A DNA stretch of 64,000 nucleotides from Candidatus Sericytochromatia bacterium (GTDB lineage Bacteria; Cyanobacteriota; Sericytochromatia; S15B-MN24; UBA4093). Below are positions 9,702 to 19,323 of this stretch, piece by piece. A program made the translations under genes and the position numbers. The DNA is taken from positions 1 to 64,000 of the forward strand of contig JAKFCT010000069.1 in the NCBI GenBank assembly GCA_036676495.1, written 5' to 3'. How positions within the stretch are numbered: the stretch's first letter is position 1; every line of letters starts with the position of its first letter. Under the pieces are notes generated by a model. The model was not told where the DNA came from. It saw only the letters and a list, made by a program, of their open reading frames with translations, and ran no database searches.

Positions 9702-10631
9702 ATGAAAATCCGCTGGGTTGCCTACGCCGTTCTGATCGCAGGCCTCTTGCTGACACCGGCCGTTCGGGCCGTCGAAAAGTCGCCCGTCACCGATTCGGCG
9801 GTTCCCCGGCCATCCAAGCCGGTGGACCTGCGCTTCGCCTTGTTCAAGACCTCCGAGGTCAAGACCCAGGAGGGTTTCGCCTTCAAGGGCGGCAACCTCT
9901 TCAAGCCGGTTGCCATCAATCACACGGCCGTGCTGGTCCGGCATCCTCGGGGAAGCTTCCTATTCGACACCGCCCTGGGCCGGGACATCGACCAGCAGTA
10001 TCGCAAGGATATGCCATGGTGGGCCAGGCCGCTCTTTTCCTACGGTCCAGTCTCTCCGCTGCGGGATCAATTGGAAGCCGCCCAATTGGGGCCGGTGGAT
10101 CGCATCATCCTCTCCCATGCGCACTGGGATCATGCCAGTGGCCTGCTCGACTTTCCCCGGACGGAGGTCTGGATCACCCGGGCCGAGAAGGACTTCATCT
10201 CCCAGCGCCAACCCGGTGCGGTCTTGCCCAGTCAGGTGGATGCGCCGGCCTTGAATTGGAAGGTCTACGAACTCGAGAACCGCCCGTTTGCTTCATTTTC
10301 CCGTAGCCTAGACGTCTACGGGGATGGCAGCGTGGTCCTGGTTCCCTTGACCGGCCATACTCCAGGCTCGGTGGGGCTCTTCCTCACCGTAGGATCCGGA
10401 CGGCAATACTTCTTCTGCGGGGACGTGGTCTGGAAGCTGGAGGCCGCCCGCCGCGTGAAGCCGAAGTTCTGGCTGCCCAGCCGGATCGTGGATCACGATC
10501 GCCCGGCTACCCTGAAATCCGTCGCGCAACTGCATCGCCTCATGGAGGCCAACCCTTCGCTGGTCGTGGTGCCGACCCATGACGCGGCGGTCCACGACGC
10601 GCTCGGCTACTTTCCCCGCTGGGTCGAATAG
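9702..10631 (+). CDS. Exported MBL-fold hydrolase (AHL-lactonase-like)
   Basis: Signal peptide; HAHWDH, GHTPG, CGD, PTHD motifs. Confidence 0.8.
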   Translation: MKIRWVAYAVLIAGLLLTPAVRAVEKSPVTDSAVPRPSKPVDLRFALFKTSEVKTQEGFAFKGGNLFKPVAINHTAVLVRHPRGSFLFDTALGRDIDQQYRKDMPWWARPLFSYGPVSPLRDQLEAAQLGPVDRIILSHAHWDHASGLLDFPRTEVWITRAEKDFISQRQPGAVLPSQVDAPALNWKVYELENRPFASFSRSLDVYGDGSVVLVPLTGHTPGSVGLFLTVGSGRQYFFCGDVVWKLEAARRVKPKFWLPSRIVDHDRPATLKSVAQLHRLMEANPSLVVVPTHDAAVHDALGYFPRWVE

Positions 10632-10710
10632 GGGGAGGTCTCGACCCGACCCTGCGTCACCGACGTTCGAGTCTTGATGCCTCCGATGGCAGAGGACTAT
10701 GCTAGGTCCC

Positions 10711-12279
10711 ATGATGACGTTACGCTTTGACAACTCGTTCGTTCGCGACCTCCCGGGCGATCCGGAAACGGGGCGCCAGCGCCGGCAGGTCCACGGTGCC
10801 TTGTACTCTCGGGTCGAGCCGACGCCGGTCGCCGCGCCGCGCCTGGTCGCGTACGCGAAGGACGTGGCGGATCTGCTGGGCATTCCCCCTGCAGACCTCG
10901 CCTCGCCGGAGTTCGCACAGGTCTTCGCTGGCAACGTGCTGCTCGAGGGCATGGAGCCGTATGCCGCCAACTACGGAGGCCACCAGTTCGGCCACTGGGC
11001 GGGTCAGCTGGGTGACGGGCGGGCCATCACGCTGGGCGAAGCCCTCACCCCCGCCGGTAAGCGCTGGGAGTTGCAGCTCAAGGGAGCTGGTCCTACCCCT
11101 TATTCGCGAGGAGCGGATGGTCGCGCGGTCCTACGCTCGTCCATCCGTGAGTTCCTGTGCAGCGAGGCCATGCATCACCTCGGGGTTCCCACCACGCGGG
11201 CGCTCTGCCTCGTCGCGACCGGGGAAGACGTCATCCGGGACATGTTCTACGACGGCAACCCCCGGCCCGAGCCCGGGGCCATCGTCTGCCGGGTTGCGCC
11301 GTCGTTCATCCGCTTCGGAAGCTTCGAGCTTCCGTCCGCGCGGGGCGATGTCACGCTGTTGAAGCACCTGGTCGATTTCACGATCCGGCGGGACTTTCCG
11401 GAGTTGGTAAGCGGGGATCTCGTCGACGAGGAGATCCGAGGGGAGTGGTTCGCGCAGGTCTGCGAGCGGACGGCCGTCATGGTCGCTCACTGGATGCGGG
11501 TGGGCTTCGTTCACGGCGTCATGAACACCGACAACATGTCGATCCTGGGGCTGACCATCGATTACGGCCCTTATGGTTGGATCGATAACTTTGATCCGGA
11601 CTGGACCCCCAATACCACGGACGCGCAGCAGCGGCGCTACCGCTTCGGGCAGCAAGCGGAAATCGGGCACTGGAACCTGCATCGGCTTGCCAATGCCCTC
11701 GTGCCCGCCTTTGCCACCGTCGCGCCACTCCAGGCAGGACTGGCGCGCTACGCCGATACGTACAATCGCTGCAGTCGTCGCATGGTCGCCGACAAGCTGG
11801 GGTTGGCCGAATGTCAGGACGAGGACCTCGCGCTCATGCAAGAGCTTTACTCCCTGATGCAGCACGCCGAGGTCGATATGACCGTGTTCTTCCGCGAGCT
11901 GATCGCGGTGGATCCGGAGGCTCCGAGCCTGGAATCCTTGCGCGAGGCCTTCTACGATCCCGAGAAACGGCGCTGGTCGGAATCCCAATTCGAAACCTGG
12001 CTTTCGCGCTACGCCGAACGCGTGCGCCGCGATCCCCTGTCCCCCGAGGATCGGCGTGCCAGGATGGCCAAGGCTAACCCGCGCTACGTGCTCAGGAACT
12101 ACCTCGTCCAGGAAGCCATCGATCGCGCCGAGCAAGGGGACGATCGCGGAGTCCATGAGCTGCTGGAGGTGATGCGCCATCCGTATGAGGAGCAGGCCGG
12201 CAGGGAGCACTATGCAAAACGGCGCCCCGATTGGGCTCGGCAGCGCGCGGGGTGTTCGATGCTGTCGTGCAGCTCGTGA
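10711..12279 (+). CDS. selO: Protein adenylyltransferase SelO (YdiU)
   Basis: [47 protein letters not shown]-terminal LSCSS. Confidence 0.93.
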   Translation: MMTLRFDNSFVRDLPGDPETGRQRRQVHGALYSRVEPTPVAAPRLVAYAKDVADLLGIPPADLASPEFAQVFAGNVLLEGMEPYAANYGGHQFGHWAGQLGDGRAITLGEALTPAGKRWELQLKGAGPTPYSRGADGRAVLRSSIREFLCSEAMHHLGVPTTRALCLVATGEDVIRDMFYDGNPRPEPGAIVCRVAPSFIRFGSFELPSARGDVTLLKHLVDFTIRRDFPELVSGDLVDEEIRGEWFAQVCERTAVMVAHWMRVGFVHGVMNTDNMSILGLTIDYGPYGWIDNFDPDWTPNTTDAQQRRYRFGQQAEIGHWNLHRLANALVPAFATVAPLQAGLARYADTYNRCSRRMVADKLGLAECQDEDLALMQELYSLMQHAEVDMTVFFRELIAVDPEAPSLESLREAFYDPEKRRWSESQFETWLSRYAERVRRDPLSPEDRRARMAKANPRYVLRNYLVQEAIDRAEQGDDRGVHELLEVMRHPYEEQAGREHYAKRRPDWARQRAGCSMLSCSS

Positions 12280-12459
12280 GGCGGTGACGACTTGGAGATC
12301 CGCTCAATCCCCTGACCACCTGGCCGATTTTCACCTCGTGATCCCGACCGGCCACCGGGTGCCGGCTCGGGAAATCGTCATTTGCCATGGCTTTCAGGCC
12401 AACCGATAATGAAGTGTCGAGTCCGTCAGCCGGACGCCTGTTGGAACGGAGAGGAACTC

Positions 12460-12912
12460 ATGCTGAAGCAGCGGTACATGATCACCATCAATGCGCCGAA
12501 AGACAAGGTTTGGAAGACCATGCTGGATGAGGCGACCTTCCGCGAGTGGGCGAGCGCTTTCAACCCGGGCACCTATTTCGAGGGAAGCTGGGAGAAGGGC
12601 CGCGAGATCCGCTTCCTTGGACCGGATCCAGAGACGGGCAAACTCGCGGGGATGGTCTCGCGGATTCATGATCATCGGCCGCAGGAGTTCGTTTCCATCG
12701 AGCATGTCGGGTTCATCGAGGACGGAAAAGTCGACACGACGAGCGAACTGGTCAAGCAGTGGGCTCCCGCCTATGAAAATTACACCTTCCGGGAATCGAA
12801 AGGCGGCACCGAGGTCTTGGTCGACATCGATGTCCTCGAAGACTACCTTTCGTTCTATGAGGACGCCTGGCCTAAGGCCCTTCAAAAGCTGAAAGCGCTG
12901 GCGGAGCGTTAA
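12460..12912 (+). CDS. SRPBCC/START-like domain protein
   Basis: ITINAPKDKVW...FEGSWEKG...AYENYTF...WPKALQKLKALAE. Confidence 0.8.
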   Translation: MLKQRYMITINAPKDKVWKTMLDEATFREWASAFNPGTYFEGSWEKGREIRFLGPDPETGKLAGMVSRIHDHRPQEFVSIEHVGFIEDGKVDTTSELVKQWAPAYENYTFRESKGGTEVLVDIDVLEDYLSFYEDAWPKALQKLKALAER

Positions 12913-12915
12913 GGC

Positions 12916-13137
12916 CTAGCTCTCCCCTTTCAACCCGAGGCCTTTCGCGGCAAGCGTCTCGCGAAGCAGGCGGACGGCCTTGGGGCCCACCCCATGGAGG
13001 GCAAGGAGGTCGGCTTCCGTGAGTCCGGACACGTCTTCAAGGGTCCGGTAACCCGCGTGCAAGAGCGCCCGCGTCGCTGGCTTGCCGATGTTCCTGGGGA
13101 GGTCGGTTTCCGGGGGGACGTTGGAAAATTGAGTCAT
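12916..13137 (-). CDS. Small helix-hairpin-helix protein (RNAP alpha-CTD-like)
   Basis: IGKPATRALLHAGYRTLEDV...LLALHGVGPKAVRLL. Confidence 0.75.
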   Translation of the reverse strand: MTQFSNVPPETDLPRNIGKPATRALLHAGYRTLEDVSGLTEADLLALHGVGPKAVRLLRETLAAKGLGLKGES

Positions 13138-13171
13138 CGTATCCTCCTGGGTTTGTGGGTGGCGAATGGCC

Positions 13172-14380
13172 TCACTGTCTTGCCGCCTCGAGCAGCCACC
13201 GTGCGGCCACCGTCGCCCCGTCCTTGTGAAGCGTGCCGGCCAGAGCGGTCGCTCGTGCGCGGGTCTCGGGGGTCAGGGCCGCCCTGAGCGCGGCTGACAG
13301 GGACTCGTGGGTCGGCGTCGGACCGTCGTGCGCCGTGCCGATACCCAGGGCCGCTACCCGGCTGGCCCAGTAGGGCTGATCGGCCATCTGGGGGACTACC
13401 ACCTGAGGCGCGCCGGCCGTGGCGGCCGTCATCGTCGTGCCCGCGCCGCCGTGGTGAATGACGGCAGCCACCCGACCGAACAATGCTTGCTGGTTGACCT
13501 CGCCGAGGGCAAAGCCGTCGTTCCGGTCATCGATCAAGGCCAGTTCGGCCCAGCCGCGGGAAACGAGCACGCGGTGGCCCTGCGAGCGGATCGCCTCGAT
13601 GGCGACCCGTGCGAAGTCCTTGGGGGCGCGCATGCTGCCGAAGCCCACGTACACCGGTGGCGCGCCGGCCTGCAGAAACGCTTCCAGCTCGGCTGGAAGA
13701 GGGCGTTCATCCGGTAGGATCCAGGCGCCCGTCTGCACGACGTCGATGTCCGCCGACTCCTGCCACGGGGCCAGCGTCGGGTCCGCCGCCAGCAAGGGGC
13801 GCTCGGTGAAGGCGTAGGCGTAGACGTTGTCTACCGGTGGAAGGCCTATCGACGTCCGGCGGGTATTGAGCGCCGCCCCGAAAAGCTCGTTCGCCCGCTG
13901 GGCATTCAGATCCCAGAGCACCCGGTTGTCGGTCACGTCCGGGGGGAACGATCCACCCGGAAGCGGCGTCGGTGGGAAGTGCGGCGAGGGAAGGAAGATG
14001 GGACAGTAGGCCGCCACCATGAAGCGGATGCCGAGCTTTTCGGCCACCGACCGCGCGCTGGCCAGGACCGGCAGCAGGCCGGATGCCACCAGCACATCGC
14101 AGCCCTCGGCTGCCCTGGCGACCGTGTCGAAGTACGCGGCCATCAACTCGCTCGCGATCCGAGGCACGTCTGCCGCCGTGGGCGGAGTCGCCCCGTGCAC
14201 CAGTTTGCGCACCGGCAGGCCTATCGGCACGAGGGGCACTCCGACCTCGGCCACCCGCGCTTCGCAGTCCGGCGGCGCGCATAGCCGCACCTCCGCGCCG
14301 AGTTCCCGCAACCGCACCGCGAGCCCCAAAAGCGGTTCGACTCCGCCCCGCGAGTCATACGTCAACAACAAGACACGCAT
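13172..14380 (-). CDS. GT1 glycosyltransferase, rifamycin glycosyltransferase (Rgt)/Gtf-like
   Basis: MRVLLLTYDSRGGVEPLLGLA..LRELGAEVRLCAPPD; PPVYVGFGS; HHGGAGTT; DQPYWA; upstream RAE-like palindrome. Confidence 0.8.
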   Translation of the reverse strand: MRVLLLTYDSRGGVEPLLGLAVRLRELGAEVRLCAPPDCEARVAEVGVPLVPIGLPVRKLVHGATPPTAADVPRIASELMAAYFDTVARAAEGCDVLVASGLLPVLASARSVAEKLGIRFMVAAYCPIFLPSPHFPPTPLPGGSFPPDVTDNRVLWDLNAQRANELFGAALNTRRTSIGLPPVDNVYAYAFTERPLLAADPTLAPWQESADIDVVQTGAWILPDERPLPAELEAFLQAGAPPVYVGFGSMRAPKDFARVAIEAIRSQGHRVLVSRGWAELALIDDRNDGFALGEVNQQALFGRVAAVIHHGGAGTTMTAATAGAPQVVVPQMADQPYWASRVAALGIGTAHDGPTPTHESLSAALRAALTPETRARATALAGTLHKDGATVAARWLLEAARQ

Positions 14381-14435
14381 TTCGCAACTCCCCCTTCGTA
14401 GGCTCTGGCAGGCCTGCGATTATGCGGCATGACCC

Positions 14436-14454
14436 GGGGCTTGCCGCAAGCCCC
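14436..14454. promoter_or_regulatory. Rifamycin-associated element (RAE)-like 19-bp palindrome
   Basis: GGGGCTTGCGGCAAGCCCC on the minus strand, about 55 bp upstream of the rgt-like start. Confidence 0.8.
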
Positions 14455-14540
14455 CGGGTGGGGTGTAACATGGATACTGGAAGGGACGACATCCCCCTCG
14501 CCACGACGGCCGGGGACCTTGTCCACCGGATGCCTCTGGC

Positions 14541-14963
14541 CTAGGGAGCCTCCAGCTCGCGGATGACGCGGCACGGGTTCCCGGCAGCAAGGACATTCGC
14601 AGGGATGTCCCGCGTCACGACACAGCCGGCCCCAATGGTCGAGTTGTCGCCAATCGTGACCCCTGGGCTGATGATGGCCCCGCCTCCGATCCAGACGTTG
14701 TTGCCGATGGTGACGGGCTTTGCCCGCTCGGGTCCCTTGATGCGTTCCTCGGCGTCGAGGGGGTGGGTCGCGGCGTAGATAGGCACTCCCGGACCGAAAA
14801 GCACGTTATCGCCAATCCGGACCGGAGCGCAGTCGAGGATGACGCAATCGAAGTTCATGTAGAGCCCGTCTCCGGCGGAGATGTTGCGGCCGTACTCGCA
14901 ACGGAACGGGGGCTCGATCTCGAGTCGGCTCCCGACGCTACCGATGAGCGATCGCCGAGGAAC
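14541..14963 (-). pseudogene. Maltose/sugar O-acetyltransferase, 5'-truncated
   Basis: [13 protein letters not shown]...[15 protein letters not shown]...[10 protein letters not shown]; in-frame stop at 14964-14966 and no N-terminal helical domain. Confidence 0.75.
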
Positions 14964-15072
14964 CTAACATAATTCAAAAATGCTTGACACGCAGTCAAGC
15001 AATCGTACAATTTGGCATGGAGTCGTTCTCCTGTCTAGAGAGCCTTTTGCAGCACTCCAACCTACTAGATGA

Positions 15073-16314
15073 TTGACCTTCATTGATTCCTGGCTCGATC
15101 GAAAGGAGAGATCCTTGCCAACTGCCTTGCGCAGGCCCTTCCTGCTCGCCTGTCTCATCATCTCCGCCTTCCTTCCCCTCCTGGGCACCCTATTCCGTGG
15201 GCACGGCCTGCCGGAGGGGTACGGCCTCTTTCCGCCTCAGCAGGTACCGGGAACTCCGGGTTTCAACGAGTGGTATTTTGCGGCGGGCTGCGGGCTGGTC
15301 GTCGGCATCAGCCTCTTCCTGGTCATTCCGAGGCTCTTCGGCTTCAAGCCGGTCGAACCCGCCCCGCAGCCGAAGCCGGGCCCCTTCCCGTACTGGTTCG
15401 CCCCCGGAGTGGTCGTCATGTTGGTGAGCTGGGGGCTGATGTGGTTCGGCTCTCCCATGGCGGCGCGCTTCACCTTCGTTCCCCTCTGGTGGGGATTCAT
15501 CTTCGCCCTCGACGGCTGGGTCTATTCCCGCACCAACGGCGCGTCCATCGTCGCGGGCAGAAAGCATGAGATGCTGATCCTGGCGGTCGTCTCGGCGGTC
15601 GGTTGGCATCTCTTCGAGTATTTGAACTACTTCGTGCTGTCGAACTGGTACTACCCGTACTCCGACCTGCTCACCCCCTTCGGTAACCTCGTCTGGTACA
15701 CCCTCTCCTACACGACGGTCTGGCCGGTTTGCTTCGTGTGGTACTTGCTGCTGGCGAGCTTCCCGGCGCTCAGGCAGCGCTGGACCAACGGTCCCAGGTT
15801 CGCCCCCTCGAAGTCCTTGCTGGTTGCCACCCTGCTGGGCGGCTTCGTCCTCTTGTTCCTGCTGGGGGTCTTCCCTTCCCCCTTGTTCTGGGCCCTCTGG
15901 GTCGGTCCGCTCGCGATTCTGGGGGCCGCCCTCCACTTGGCGGGCTACTGGACTCCGTTCGCTCCTGCCGCCGAGGGGGACTGGTCCCGCTTCCTGCTCA
16001 TGGCGCTGGCGACCTTCTGCAACGGCTTCGTCTGGGAACTCTGGAACTTCGGTAGCCAGGCGTTCCGCAACGTTCCTGCGAACCCCAACTACTGGATGTA
16101 CGACGTCCCCTACATGAACGTCATCCACGTCTTCTCGGAGATGCCGCTGCTCGGTTACTTCGGCTACCTGTTCTTCGGCGTCCTGGTCTGGTTGTTCTGG
16201 CTCGCGGTGGCTCACGTCATCGACATCGATCCCGACTTCGCTCACCAGGACGTGGTGGTCGCTTGCAGTTCCCCCGCGGAATCCGAACGGAATGCGGTCG
16301 CGTCGGCTCAGTGA
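15073..16314 (+). CDS. Conserved-looking integral membrane protein of unknown function
   Basis: About 10 hydrophobic segments; FEYLNYFV, WELWNF, EMPLLGYFGY motifs; start uncertain. Confidence 0.7.
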   Translation: MTFIDSWLDRKERSLPTALRRPFLLACLIISAFLPLLGTLFRGHGLPEGYGLFPPQQVPGTPGFNEWYFAAGCGLVVGISLFLVIPRLFGFKPVEPAPQPKPGPFPYWFAPGVVVMLVSWGLMWFGSPMAARFTFVPLWWGFIFALDGWVYSRTNGASIVAGRKHEMLILAVVSAVGWHLFEYLNYFVLSNWYYPYSDLLTPFGNLVWYTLSYTTVWPVCFVWYLLLASFPALRQRWTNGPRFAPSKSLLVATLLGGFVLLFLLGVFPSPLFWALWVGPLAILGAALHLAGYWTPFAPAAEGDWSRFLLMALATFCNGFVWELWNFGSQAFRNVPANPNYWMYDVPYMNVIHVFSEMPLLGYFGYLFFGVLVWLFWLAVAHVIDIDPDFAHQDVVVACSSPAESERNAVASAQ

Positions 16315-16458
16315 CCTGATCGCCTGATTGCCCAAAACCAGCCCTCCCCGTTCTCGAGGACGGGGAGGGCTTGGCTTGGGATTCTCAACGAGGGCCGGGT
16401 GAGGATGCGAGTGCTCATCCCCATCGGGTCGGCCCGACGGTCGACGCGTGATGACGGA

Positions 16459-17325
16459 TCACGCCCGCTGCTGCATGCGCTCAACGAGCTGGCGCAATGC
16501 GGCCCGCATCTGCTCTGGCGGAAGGTGCAACCAGTTGCCATGGCCGGGCAGGACCCACTCGAAGGTGTAGCCCAAGAGGCTTTCCATCGACCGGGTTTGC
16601 TCGGCCCACGAATACCAGCAGACCCCGCGGGAGGCTCCGAGCGCCCCGGTGTGCGTGCCCCAAAGGTGGTCTCCGGCAAATAGGAAGCGATCGCGCACCA
16701 GCAAGACCATGCTGCCCCGGGTATGGCCGGGGGTCGGGATCGCGACGTAGCCCGGGGTGATCGCGGTCGCTTCCTGCCCCGAGAGGACCCGTTCGGCGTC
16801 GGGCTGGGCGGCCTGGTCGGCCTGGTGGATGATCCGCTCGCTCCCGAAGCGCTCGGCATAGCGGGCGGCTTCGGCCACGTCGTCCTGGTGGGTGAGGAAG
16901 ATCTTGCGGATTCCCCCCATGGCCTCGAAGCGCTGGACGAGGTGGGGAAGGAACTTGGGCGAATCGATGAGCCAGTTGCCGTGCGGATCGTGGATGAAGT
17001 AGCTGTGGCCTCCGTAGGATTTGGGGGAGTTGAAGCCGTTGTAGTAGATCCCTTCGTCCAGGGGCATGGGAAAGTCCCCCATGACCTCGCGGGCGGGATG
17101 GGGGTGGAGCGTGCCGATGGACCCTGTCGGGCAAGCGAGGAGGGCTTGCATGGCGCTTCGCGCGTCCTCCGGGGGTCCCGGCTGGGCATAGACGTATGAC
17201 GCGGTGCTGCCCTCGGCGAACGACTTCGGAGCCAGCAGGCGGCACGTCCCGCAATCGATGCAGGTGGCGTCCACGTAGAATTCCCCGGTGACATTCTCGG
17301 GAAGGCGTTGCTTGAGGGTCGCCAT
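16459..17325 (-). CDS. Ferredoxin-MBL-fold hydrolase fusion
   Basis: CIDCGTC...ACP Fe-S motif; THQDD, PGHTRG, AGDH, PGHG. Confidence 0.85.
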   Translation of the reverse strand: MATLKQRLPENVTGEFYVDATCIDCGTCRLLAPKSFAEGSTASYVYAQPGPPEDARSAMQALLACPTGSIGTLHPHPAREVMGDFPMPLDEGIYYNGFNSPKSYGGHSYFIHDPHGNWLIDSPKFLPHLVQRFEAMGGIRKIFLTHQDDVAEAARYAERFGSERIIHQADQAAQPDAERVLSGQEATAITPGYVAIPTPGHTRGSMVLLVRDRFLFAGDHLWGTHTGALGASRGVCWYSWAEQTRSMESLLGYTFEWVLPGHGNWLHLPPEQMRAALRQLVERMQQRA

Positions 17326-17512
17326 GGGTCACCCCTTTCATGCGCTGGCAACCCCGAGTCTACCAGCGTGGGTGCCGACATGCATGGAGGCGGCCGCGAG
17401 GGCTTCCCGCTTGCGCGGAGCCGCAGCCGGCATGGGCCTTGTCCGGGACATGGCGCGCACGTTACAATCGAGGGTTCCCCGACTGTTGGGAGGCTCACGG
17501 GCTCGGCGTAGG

Positions 17513-18142
17513 ATGGAAAAAATCGATTTCAAGAAGACGCTCAAGGCGCTCTATGATGCCCCGACCGATCGGTTCGTGCTCATCGACGTTCCGAGGATGC
17601 GATTCGTCAAGGTGGACGGCCACGGGGATCCCAATGCCGCTCCTGCCTACCATCAGGCGGTCGAGTGGTTGTATTCCGTCAGCTACGCCATGAAGTTCGC
17701 GGCCAAGGCGTCGACGAATCGGGACTATGTGGTGCCTCCACTCGAGGGGCTATGGTGGGCGGAAGATCCGTCCGACTTCGTCGCGCGCCGCAAGGAGCGC
17801 TGGAACTGGACCATGATGATCATGGCGCCGGATTTCGTCGCCCATGACCTGTTCGAGGCGGCCGTCGCCAAGACCACGAAGAAACGCGGATTGCCGCCCG
17901 AAAGCCTACGCCTGGAAGCCTACGACGAAGGGCCGTCGCTCCAGATCTTGCACATCGGCAGCTACGATGACGAGGGGCCGATCCTCGCAAGGCTTCACGA
18001 CGACGAGATGCCCTCGCGGGGTCTGACTTTCGGAGGTCCGCATCATGAGATCTACCTGAGTGATCCACGCAAAGTGGCTCCAAACAAGCTCAAGACCCTC
18101 TTGCGCCAGCCGGTGGCTCACGTCGACCGTGCTGAATCGTGA
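17513..18142 (+). CDS. GyrI-like small-molecule-binding protein
   Basis: MEKIDFKK...GHGDPN...VPPLEGLWW...HIGSYDDE...HHEIYLSDPRK. Confidence 0.85.
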   Translation: MEKIDFKKTLKALYDAPTDRFVLIDVPRMRFVKVDGHGDPNAAPAYHQAVEWLYSVSYAMKFAAKASTNRDYVVPPLEGLWWAEDPSDFVARRKERWNWTMMIMAPDFVAHDLFEAAVAKTTKKRGLPPESLRLEAYDEGPSLQILHIGSYDDEGPILARLHDDEMPSRGLTFGGPHHEIYLSDPRKVAPNKLKTLLRQPVAHVDRAES

Positions 18143-18367
18143 CGCGCGAAGCCGCAGGCGCTAGGGAGCCTTTCGCATACGATGCGGCGCCTCGCCCCTT
18201 TGTCCGCTTGGGGCATCCCGCGTATTCTTGGGCTATTTCATGCGCTCGTTATGGAGCGGCCACTGCCTCCCGCTATCCGAAGGGCGGCTAATGCGAGTCA
18301 AGCGGCATCAGCGGGGACCGAGCAAGTCCGTTGTACGTCGAGCAAACGCTCACACCAGGCGAGTAAG

Positions 18368-19021
18368 CTAGTCGTAACATGACCAGAGGTCTTTTATTCG
18401 CCCGTCATCCTTGACCTCGATCCAGCCCTCGGAGTCCTTCGCGCCTCGTACATAGACCCACCACTGGTAGACAGGTTGCTTGGGTGACCCGGGCGCGATC
18501 TTGCCGAGCGGTCTTGGTATCTGATTCAGCATCGGATCGGGATCCCACTCGGCATAGGACGCCTGACCATCGTCTGCAACTTCGAGGCAGACCGACCGCA
18601 AGATTTTGCCCTTGTGCCAGATAAGGGGACTTTCTTGGCCTTGATCGTGTAGGACGTAGACGTGATCTCCGGGCTTTACGCGAAGCGACGGACCCGCTTT
18701 CTCGCCCCAGTTATACAAATCCATTGGGCGGCTGACAACGACGTCAACCGGCTTCAGAACGAGAATTCGACCCTTGAGGGTCCGGAACGTCGCGCCTTTC
18801 GGAAGGGTTGTGAGAACCTTTGCACTCCGATTGGGCTGGCTGAAAAGCGGTATGGGCGCGCCAGCCTCCCATGTCTCGTTGTAACCCATGCACCCGAAGG
18901 GTTGGAAAGTACCATCCGTTGCGAAGGGGACCCGGAGCACATCCGGACCGGCAATGGCCGGCGGACACGCAGTTACTGCTGCCAAGCCCCATACCGAGAG
19001 TCCAATGAGCACGTTCTTCAT
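18368..19021 (-). CDS. Secreted hypothetical protein (possible SH3-like segments)
   Basis: Signal peptide; WWVYVRG...EGWI segment. Confidence 0.6.
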   Translation of the reverse strand: MKNVLIGLSVWGLAAVTACPPAIAGPDVLRVPFATDGTFQPFGCMGYNETWEAGAPIPLFSQPNRSAKVLTTLPKGATFRTLKGRILVLKPVDVVVSRPMDLYNWGEKAGPSLRVKPGDHVYVLHDQGQESPLIWHKGKILRSVCLEVADDGQASYAEWDPDPMLNQIPRPLGKIAPGSPKQPVYQWWVYVRGAKDSEGWIEVKDDGRIKDLWSCYD

Positions 19022-19134
19022 GTGGACATTATACCCAACAGACCTTTGTCGGCCTTTCCATTCCCCGAGCAGCCTCTTCTCCAGCTCGGTGACTCTTGCG
19101 CGGGAGTGCCCTCCGGAAATGCGGTGAGCCGTTC

Positions 19135-19320
19135 GCGGTAAGTACGGGCCTCAGAGAACGGAGAAAAAGAAAGCGCGCCAGCCGTTAGGAGCCCTGCTGG
19201 CGCTCGACTCGATACCCTCCTTGCGGAGGTTCAGGTCGGAGTGGCGGGAGGGGTACTCGGATAGAGGCACCCCAGCCCGCAAAGGTCCAAGATCGGGTCT
19301 GCGAACGGCTCCTGAACTAG
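19135..19320 (+). mobile_element. tRNA-Pro att-like junction copy B (recombinase 3' relic + double hairpin + core + coding tail)
   Basis: GCCAGCCGTTAGGAGCCCTGCTGGC hairpin, CCTCCTTGCGGAGG hairpin, core GGTCGGAGTGGCGGGA (19234-19249), tail SGRSGG...KVQDRVCERLLN*. Confidence 0.75.
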
Positions 19321-19323
19321 CAG

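Noticed and set aside
12256-12300. Selenocysteine read-through in SelO
   Set aside because: The C-terminus is CSMLSCSS with Cys at the Sec-equivalent position, and the TGA follows the normal end.
14541-18175. CTAG(G/A)GAGCCT motif at 14541, 15035 and 18161 as IS ends
   Set aside because: Only 11-14 bp, all in the same orientation, with no inverted partner or transposase. Too weak to support.
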